64,000 bases of DNA from Minisyncoccia bacterium (GTDB lineage: Bacteria; Patescibacteriota; Minisyncoccia; SW-4-49-11), in NCBI GenBank assembly GCA_044356325.1, contig JBIKWJ010000001.1, forward strand, positions 56,305 through 120,304, in the 5' to 3' direction. This document shows, one piece after another, positions 58,007-64,000 of the stretch (positions are counted from its first letter, which is position 1; the number at the start of each line of letters is the position of its first letter). The notes under the pieces were generated by a model. It did no database searches and was not told the origin of the DNA. It saw only the letters and a program-made list of their open reading frames with translations. Made by a program: the position numbers and the translations under genes.

Positions 58007-58834
58007 CTATTCTTTTAATTGTATCTCGTATATTTGTGGCCAGAGTTTACCAGTTATGAATACGGTATTGGTACTGGCTTTATAGGCGATACCATTTAAC
58101 TGAGCTATATTGGGGTCTTTCTCTCGTATTTGTGAGACGATATCGGACAAATCTAACACCCCTATTATTTCACCATTATCAGGATTAATTTTGACAATTT
58201 GATTAGTCTGACAAATATTGGCGTAGATAAATCCTTTGATATACTCAAGCTCATTGAGAGAATACTGAGCTATATCTCCTCTTTTTACTTCGAGAGTTTT
58301 CACTACTTGGAAATTCTCGGGGCTTAAATAGGTCAATTTATTAGTCCCATCGCTCATAATGAGATTAATCCCATCATTCGTCAATCCCCAACCTTCAGCA
58401 CTGGAGTAAGTAAAAGTATTGATCTCTTTAAATGTCTTCGTATCATAGACAAATCCTTTTTGATTCTTATAGGTGAGCTGATATATTTTATTATTGAGTA
58501 TAGTACTTCCCTCTCCAAAATAGATGTTACGGTCAAGTTCAGCTTTGATATCGATATTACCTGTCTGTAAATCTAATGGACCTAATACGGATTGCGTTTG
58601 AGGCAAATAATCTGGAGAGCCAGTACTTTCATACAGAGTGTCTCCATCAAAAAATAATCCCTGAGTATATGAGTTAATATTATGAGAATATTGCTTAATT
58701 ATAGTATAAGATAATGTCTTTCTTGTAGGTATTTGATACTCTAAATATCCTCTATAGCTAATAATACCCCAAAGTGTACAAATAAAAAATATAGCAAGAA
58801 GAATAGCTATTCTTTTGCGATACCAATATGTCAT
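58007..58834 (-). CDS. Glutaminyl-peptide cyclotransferase (plant/bacterial-type beta-propeller QC), membrane-anchored.
   Basis: 275 aa with ...YTQGLFFDGDTLYESTG... and ...FGEGSTILNNKIYQLTYKNQKGFVYD... motifs of the Glu_cyclase_2 family. Confidence 0.6.
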   Translation of the reverse strand: MTYWYRKRIAILLAIFFICTLWGIISYRGYLEYQIPTRKTLSYTIIKQYSHNINSYTQGLFFDGDTLYESTGSPDYLPQTQSVLGPLDLQTGNIDIKAELDRNIYFGEGSTILNNKIYQLTYKNQKGFVYDTKTFKEINTFTYSSAEGWGLTNDGINLIMSDGTNKLTYLSPENFQVVKTLEVKRGDIAQYSLNELEYIKGFIYANICQTNQIVKINPDNGEIIGVLDLSDIVSQIREKDPNIAQLNGIAYKASTNTVFITGKLWPQIYEIQLKE

Positions 58835-58838
58835 ATTC

Positions 58839-59387
58839 TTATTTCTTATCTAATTTCTTGAGAATAGTTTGTAATAATTCTAATTGTTGAGTCTGAATAG
58901 TGTAGAGACTCTTAATTTGCTCATCAAATAATAAATCAATTTTTTGGTGAAGTCCCCTCACCTCAATTTCTGCTTTGAGATTAACAAGATAATCATTTTC
59001 TGCTCTTTTCCTATCTTTTTCTTCTTTACGATTTTGACTCATCATAATAATTGGAGCTTGCAGAGCTGCAATACAAGACAATACCAGATTCATCAGGATA
59101 AATGGATAAGGGTCAAATCTGAATACTCCCGTCATCACAATATTAAATATAATCCAAATAGCAAGAAGAGTGAGAAAACTCATAATAAATTTCCAACTAC
59201 CTCCAAATTGAGCTACTTTATCAGATAAAGATTGCCCACGGGTAAGTGTCTCCATAGGTGGATGGAGAAGATGTTTAAGAATAAGCCTCTCTTCTTTAAT
59301 ACTATCTTCTACAATAGTATTAAGATCTTGTAAATATTTTTTTTGCTCTTCTACAATTGCATTGATTTGTTTTTGATCTGGGCTCAT
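58839..59387 (-). CDS. DUF1003 domain membrane protein.
   Basis: 182 aa with ...GGSWKFIMSF...FRFDPYPFILMNLVLSCIAALQAPIIMMSQNRKEEKDR...NLKAEIE.... Confidence 0.65.
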   Translation of the reverse strand: MSPDQKQINAIVEEQKKYLQDLNTIVEDSIKEERLILKHLLHPPMETLTRGQSLSDKVAQFGGSWKFIMSFLTLLAIWIIFNIVMTGVFRFDPYPFILMNLVLSCIAALQAPIIMMSQNRKEEKDRKRAENDYLVNLKAEIEVRGLHQKIDLLFDEQIKSLYTIQTQQLELLQTILKKLDKK

Positions 59388-59404
59388 ATAATTTGTTATT
59401 AGTT

Positions 59405-59732
59405 GGCTTTATCATTCTCTAAATGCTTTGTTCGAATGCAGGGACTCGGTCACAAGTAATTTACCTGACGGTAAATTCTCGCTACCCCGTCTCGCCGTGT
59501 TCGCCTTGCGCATAGCACAAACTCACACATGGCTCCGACTTTCTCGCCCTGACTAAAGCCAATAAATTGGCTTTATCATTCTCTCGCTTCGCTGTTCGAA
59601 TGCAGGGACTCGGTCACAAGTAATTTACCTGACGGTAAATTCTCGCTACCCCGTCTCGCCGTGTTCGCCTTGCGCATAGCACAAACTCACACATGGCTCC
59701 GACTTTCTCGCCCTGACTAAAGCCAATAAATT
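59405..59732 (-). repeat. Two tandem copies of a 164 bp unit. Each unit contains an 18 nt duplicate of the tRNA-Gln 3' end plus a 9 bp-stem hairpin.
   Basis: Unit 1 (59405-59568) and unit 2 (59569-59732) are identical except for the 10 nt aaatgctttg versus cgcttcgctg. Each contains ttcgaatgcagggactcg, which is the tRNA-Gln 3' end. A third partial unit merges into the real tRNA. Confidence 0.7.
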
Positions 59733-59758
59733 GGCTTTATCATTCTCTCGCTTCGCTG

Positions 59759-59829
59759 TTCGAATGCAGGGACTCGAACCCCAATTGCTGGTGCCAGAAA
59801 CCAGTGTCCTACCGTTAGACGACATTCGA
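59759..59829 (-). tRNA. tRNA-Gln (anticodon CTG).
   Basis: Reverse complement is TCGAATGTCGTCTAACGGTAGGACACTGGTTTCTGGCACCAGCAATTGGGGTTCGAGTCCCTGCATTCGAA. It has the U1:A72 pair typical of tRNA-Gln, and the anticodon loop is TTCTGGC. Confidence 0.75.
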
Positions 59830-59882
59830 TTTACAACTGTTAGTATACCTTATTTAGGCATAGTATTCAAGAATACTAAATA

Positions 59883-60701
59883 CTATTGAGCTTTTTTACT
59901 CGTTTTTGTTTTGGACTTAGTCTGAGATTTTTTGGGTTTTATTAATGTTTGCCCAATGGTAAGAGTATAGGGAGCATCTATATCATTTGATTTAGCAAGT
60001 TCTTTCCAACTTATATCAAAAAATTCAGCTATTGTTTCTATAGTATCTCCAACCTGCACAATATAATCATTTTCCGTACTTTCTTGATCTGGAATATGTA
60101 ATATTTGTCCCTCTATGAGACTATAGGGAGCAGTTATATTATTAACTTTAGCAAGAGTTTTCCAATCCAATCCGAATTGCTTTGCAATGCTATCAATAGT
60201 ATCCCCTATTGATACTATGTGTTCAGACTTAGATATAATATGAGTACTATTATCTAAATTCAGATGTAAATCAAGGGCAATAGATTCAATAGATGATTCT
60301 GAAATAGTAGTTACTGATATTTCATTTGACTGTGTCTGATCTATTAATTTTGTAGAATTTTGTGTATGAGTCAATGGAGCTGGAATAATAGTAATTCTTG
60401 GCTCTACTAGTGAATCCGGATGAGCAAGATGTCCTGGGAATACTTTTATTTTTTGCCCAGATTCCACTGAATATGGAGCTTTTATTTTATTCACTCGAGC
60501 CATAATTTTCCATGGAAGCCCTAATTTCTCAGATATACTTTCTAAATCCTCATCCTCACCTACAATATATTCCTCAGTCCATAGACGACGATATCTATAT
60601 CTCAATAATACTCGTAAAAATACAAATAACCCGAAAACAATCAAAAGGGCAATAAGAATGACTAGCTGTATATTGGTATCTATATCTGTATAATATATCA
60701 T
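59883..60701 (-). CDS. Membrane-anchored protein with three LysM peptidoglycan-binding repeats.
   Basis: 272 aa with an N-terminal transmembrane helix and three roughly 45 aa LysM units (YIVGEDEDLESIS..., HIVSIGDTIDSIA..., YIVQVGDTIETIA...). Confidence 0.75.
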   Translation of the reverse strand: MIYYTDIDTNIQLVILIALLIVFGLFVFLRVLLRYRYRRLWTEEYIVGEDEDLESISEKLGLPWKIMARVNKIKAPYSVESGQKIKVFPGHLAHPDSLVEPRITIIPAPLTHTQNSTKLIDQTQSNEISVTTISESSIESIALDLHLNLDNSTHIISKSEHIVSIGDTIDSIAKQFGLDWKTLAKVNNITAPYSLIEGQILHIPDQESTENDYIVQVGDTIETIAEFFDISWKELAKSNDIDAPYTLTIGQTLIKPKKSQTKSKTKTSKKAQ

Positions 60702-60790
60702 ATGTTATTTTTATTCATTATATCATATTTCAACCTACTCTATATAAGTTATCCACAATTATACTGTTTATTGGTTCAAAAATTTTTTAT

Positions 60791-61405
60791 CTATACTTCT
60801 CTTTGAATATAATCATAGACTACACTTGCTAATTCCTCTGGATTATGAACAATAGCCATTGGAGATTGGCTCTCTAGCCACTCTTTATCATGAAATCCCC
60901 AAGAAACTGCAATGGAGGGTATTCCTTTATTAAAAGCCTCTATCAAATCTCCCACGGTATCAGTGATAAATAAACATTCCTCTGGCAGAATAGTATACTC
61001 ATCTAATATCATTTGGAATTTTTTTTCTTTTGAAAAATGGGTATTACAGCCTAGTATTTTATCAAAGCACCCATTATATCCTCCAAGCTCTAAAAAATGC
61101 ATAATATTTTCATCCGAATTACTAGAAATAATATGCAAGTCATATTGTTGACTCAAATTATGTATGATATCTTTTAATTCAAAAAAATGTCCTATATGAA
61201 ATTCTTCTTTTTGAATACGGAAAAACTCTAATTGCATTGATTTATCAAGAACTAAAGCACTACTTCCATCAAATACATTCCCTCTAAAATGATCTTGGAA
61301 TTGTTTCTCTGTAATAGAATCATTTAATCGTTGAAAAATACTCACTGTCATCTCATATGTATCCGCTATTACTCCATCAAAATCAAAAATTATTGCCTTC
61401 AACAT
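60791..61405 (-). CDS. HAD-superfamily hydrolase (beta-phosphoglucomutase-like subfamily IA).
   Basis: 204 aa with motif I AIIFDFDGVIADT. Confidence 0.7.
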   Translation of the reverse strand: MLKAIIFDFDGVIADTYEMTVSIFQRLNDSITEKQFQDHFRGNVFDGSSALVLDKSMQLEFFRIQKEEFHIGHFFELKDIIHNLSQQYDLHIISSNSDENIMHFLELGGYNGCFDKILGCNTHFSKEKKFQMILDEYTILPEECLFITDTVGDLIEAFNKGIPSIAVSWGFHDKEWLESQSPMAIVHNPEELASVVYDYIQREV

Positions 61406-61461
61406 ATCATATTCTTAAAATATACGAGAATAGTATAGCATAGTTCTATTTAAAATTCACC

Positions 61462-61540
61462 TTCTCCCTATGGGTTACCTACCGCAGGCAGGTCGATAAA
61501 TTGAGTGGTGAACTGTGTAGTAGGATGAGGTGGAAAAACT
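61462..61540. repeat. Short fragment F of the GC-rich repeat family.
   Basis: Contains cctaccgcaggcagg, the reverse complement of the shared cctgcctgcggtagg core, embedded in GC-rich sequence. Confidence 0.35.
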
Positions 61541-62038
61541 TTATCTCACCAAACTCTCTATATAATTCTCTCTATTTTGTATGGACAAAATAACCTGCCC
61601 AACTACTCCGTCCATTGCTTTTTTGATTGCTATATCCTCAAAATGCACTATTTCTAAATGTAAACTTTTCAGGAAATTTTCTCTTATTAGATCATATTCC
61701 CCTTTATCATTATGACTATCTCCATCTATTTCGAATACTAAACCTAATTCAGGGATCAAAAAGTCTACAATATAATTTCCTATTATAACTTGTCTATCTA
61801 TATCATAGCCTAATAGTTTTTTGTCCTTAAACGCAAGCCAAAATAATACTTCTGACAATACACCTGCTTGCCTTAATTCTTTTGCTTTAGTTTTAAGTCT
61901 GGGATTCTTTGGTAATTTAGAGTAATTATATTTCCACCCCGTCTTTGTTTCACAAAGCCACCCCTCAAGAGGGGAATTTTTTAATTTCATAATTTTATTA
62001 TATCTCAAATAAAGTATATCATAAGTTTTATTATACAT
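61541..62038 (-). CDS. DUF559 (Vsr-like endonuclease fold) domain protein.
   Basis: 165 aa. ...LRQAGVLSEVLFWLAFKDKKLLGYDIDRQVIIGNYIVDFLIPELGLVFEIDGDSHNDKGEYDLIRENFLKSLHLEIVHFEDIAI... matches the DUF559 pattern. Confidence 0.6.
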   Translation of the reverse strand: MYNKTYDILYLRYNKIMKLKNSPLEGWLCETKTGWKYNYSKLPKNPRLKTKAKELRQAGVLSEVLFWLAFKDKKLLGYDIDRQVIIGNYIVDFLIPELGLVFEIDGDSHNDKGEYDLIRENFLKSLHLEIVHFEDIAIKKAMDGVVGQVILSIQNRENYIESLVR

Positions 62039-62059
62039 TATATAAAACTATGTTTAAAG

Positions 62060-62325
62060 GTGGAATTTTGGTCTTGCAACATTCCCCTCTTGAGGGGTAC
62101 CGTCGGTAGACGGTGGGGTGGAGTATTTTGCAACTTGAATTTCTGTCTCCCTTCCTGCCTACCGCAGGCAGGTGGAGGGAGTACCCGCAAGGGGGAGGGT
62201 GGATAAAGTTTAATCTACAAATCTTATGTAAGAATTTTAATCTAATTATATTGTGCTAGCAATCCACCTCCGGCACGTTGTGCCACCTCCTCCCTGCCTA
62301 CCGCAGGCAGGCAAAGGAGGACAAA
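62060..62325. repeat. GC-rich interspersed repeat, copy G (rearranged, no TIRs).
   Basis: Carries the ttcccctcttgaggggtaccgtcg...ggtggggtggagtatttt module shared with copy A. It has two copies of cctgcctaccgcaggcagg. Its terminal section is the reverse complement of the copy C/E core (ttgtcctcctttgcctgcctgcggtaggcagggaggaggtgg). Confidence 0.55.
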
Positions 62326-62392
62326 ATAAGTATCATTAAAATATCTCCCTTTTGAAAGAATGGCCAGAGGGGGATTTTTTAGCCCCATAATT

Positions 62393-62905
62393 TTATACTT
62401 TTGACCTAATTTGATCTAAATAGGTATTCAATGCTTTATAAAACTTGCCATTGATTGTTAAGTCTTCCAAAAATGCTTCCTCATAATTATCAAAATTCAT
62501 TATATCTGCACTGGCACTGACATCTAATATTTCAATCGATTTTACAGCTGGTTTAGTATCTGAGATTCCATCCCAAGAATTTATACTGAATATTCTAGTA
62601 AGCCCAATATCCCAAGTAGGATCTAAGATAATCCATTTATTATTTATCAAGACCTCTAGCCAAACATGTTCTCCACTATCATTATGTTCAGCTTTCATTA
62701 CCTCCTCTGGAATATTTAACTGACTCCACAAAAATGTACATATTCTATATCTACATTCTAAACATTCTGCTTCTAATAACTTTTTTAATAATTCAACTTT
62801 ATACAAACAACTCCCGCCATGCTCCCCCCCCTTTGTCTCATCCAAGGCTAAGGGTATTCTATAAGGTATATCTCGAACTTGATTAAAAATTTCTATTAAA
62901 GTCAT
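62393..62905 (-). CDS. Transglutaminase-like cysteine peptidase domain protein.
   Basis: 170 aa with the putative triad context GGSCLYK ... GEHVWLEV ... ILDPTWD (Cys, His, Asp). It overlaps the upstream gene by 4 bp. Confidence 0.5.
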   Translation of the reverse strand: MTLIEIFNQVRDIPYRIPLALDETKGGEHGGSCLYKVELLKKLLEAECLECRYRICTFLWSQLNIPEEVMKAEHNDSGEHVWLEVLINNKWIILDPTWDIGLTRIFSINSWDGISDTKPAVKSIEILDVSASADIMNFDNYEEAFLEDLTINGKFYKALNTYLDQIRSKV

Positions 62906-63471
62906 AATGTGATTTTCTTTATTATAATATCATCGGGGTCAAGATATAATCTGCCTATTCTATAATCAGCATAACCTTCTGGTCTGTTATTATTCACGGC
63001 ATATTTACCTTCTGGAGGATTTGGTATATTATGCACAGTTTTGAATTGGTTATATAACATTACACTTCTATCTAAGTTATAATGTTCATGATAATAACTA
63101 GCTGGACCTTTTATCTGATGATGTACAAAGACTTCCCAATTAATTTGGTCTGGTATAAATTCTATATATGGACCATGGTCTCCATAAACCACTCTCTCAT
63201 AGCCTATAGCTAAAATTTTTCCATTTTTATCATAAAATATAAATTCATTTGACCCTTTTTCTGGTAAATTATATTCTTTTTCTATCCTCTGACGGTCTCG
63301 CTCACGATTAGGAGTATCTACTGTAGACTTCCATTTTGTAGATTTTGGCAACATTTCGGGTAAATCCATCCCAACCGCCTGCCAAGACTGAGATAATAAT
63401 TTATCAAATTCCTCTTTAGATGTATTTTCTAGCTCAATGTAGAATTTGTGTGGATTTGGAGTATTTTCCAT
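62902..63471 (-). CDS. Hypothetical protein, translationally coupled to the transglutaminase-like gene.
   Basis: 189 aa with no recognisable family. Confidence 0.4.
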   Translation of the reverse strand: MENTPNPHKFYIELENTSKEEFDKLLSQSWQAVGMDLPEMLPKSTKWKSTVDTPNRERDRQRIEKEYNLPEKGSNEFIFYDKNGKILAIGYERVVYGDHGPYIEFIPDQINWEVFVHHQIKGPASYYHEHYNLDRSVMLYNQFKTVHNIPNPPEGKYAVNNNRPEGYADYRIGRLYLDPDDIIIKKITL

Positions 63472-63601
63472 AACAATATTACAATATAATTATTTCATAT
63501 AATATAGCATATTTTAGACAACATAATAAATGGTTATTATATTTTGTAATATCATATCGTTTTATAGACCCCATAATAATACATAAGTTTGTAAGTGTAT
63601 A

Positions 63602-63630
63602 TTGACATTTTTAATAATTTATGATATAAT
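63602..63630 (+). promoter_or_regulatory. Consensus sigma70 promoter.
   Basis: TTGACA (63602-07), a 17 nt spacer, then TATAAT (63625-30). Confidence 0.5.
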
Positions 63631-63645
63631 TGTTTTCGTAAAGTT

Positions 63646-63978
63646 TTGAGGCACTTCAAGATGTATTCAAAAGAGCCCATCGGTAATTTGGACGGTATGT
63701 CCGAAGAACCATTGGGGAACCTTGATCACAGACCAAGCCAACATGAAACTCTGAGGGAGGTGCTCAGCGAAGGGCCATGCACACCTTATGAGTTAGCCCA
63801 GAAATTGTGCTTTAAACCTGGATTCCCCGATTTTAAGATGACCCAAACATGGTTGTCACAATTTCTGGAAATTGAGATCCCAAACGAGTATACAGGTATT
63901 GTCGTTCTCATAGGAGATTGGGTCCGAGTAGCTACAGTTACTCGGGCTATTCTCCTTCAGGATCGTCCACAGGATTAG
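63646..63978 (+). CDS. Hypothetical protein encoded in a GC-elevated segment (about 47%), with an internal duplicated motif.
   Basis: 110 aa by the track, or 105 aa from the ATG at 63661. It contains EPIGNLDG and EPLGNLDH repeats and is driven by the consensus promoter above. Confidence 0.35.
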   Translation: MRHFKMYSKEPIGNLDGMSEEPLGNLDHRPSQHETLREVLSEGPCTPYELAQKLCFKPGFPDFKMTQTWLSQFLEIEIPNEYTGIVVLIGDWVRVATVTRAILLQDRPQD

Positions 63979-64000
63979 CCATATGATGAGTAGAAATAGT

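Noticed and set aside
59405-59732. The tandem 164 bp repeats as a CRISPR array.
   Set aside because: There are only two identical units with no variable spacers. The unit of 164 bp is far too long for a repeat-spacer pair. No cas genes are present in the window.

Overview
This is a gene-dense, AT-rich bacterial chromosomal segment (about 30% GC outside a few islands). Almost every gene from about 1.9 kb to 63.5 kb is on the minus strand, and TAA/TAG are the stop codons throughout, so the standard code applies with no TGA recoding.

Core content:
- Aminoacyl-tRNA synthetases: thrS, glyQS, argS, lysS.
- Replication and repair: dnaB, recR, ruvB, holB-like.
- Other housekeeping: dnaK, frr, map-adk, rplS, secDF, ybaB, tatD, rseP.
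- Cell wall and shape: class A PBP, mreBCD + PBP2.
- Seven tRNAs (Ser, Leu, Val, Met, fMet, Gln), with no CCA or only partial CCA encoded.

Accessory content:
- An exopolysaccharide operon: GH8 endoglucanase, a processive GT2 with a QxxRW motif, a GT-C/GT39-like transferase and a Dpm1-like GT2.
- Surface proteins with LysM, lamin-tail-domain and BNR repeats.
- A soluble VirD4/TraG-like ATPase cluster.
- Several operons of unknown function.

Non-genic features that stand out:
1. A family of GC-rich MITE-like interspersed repeats, with at least seven copies or fragments. Some carry roughly 27 bp terminal inverted repeats, and they share palindromic cores such as cctgcctgcggtaggcagg.
2. Partial duplications of the 3' end of three different tRNAs (Ser, Leu, Gln) downstream of the intact genes. 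Two of these are fused to the same hairpin, gcaaatgggatttgc. The third forms a 164 bp tandem array.
3. A GC-rich (about 52%) partial gene of apparently foreign origin at the 5' edge, next to tRNA-Ser.

The lineage is uncertain. The small proteins, low GC and domain repertoire are compatible with a reduced-genome bacterium such as Patescibacteria/CPR, but that is an inference.
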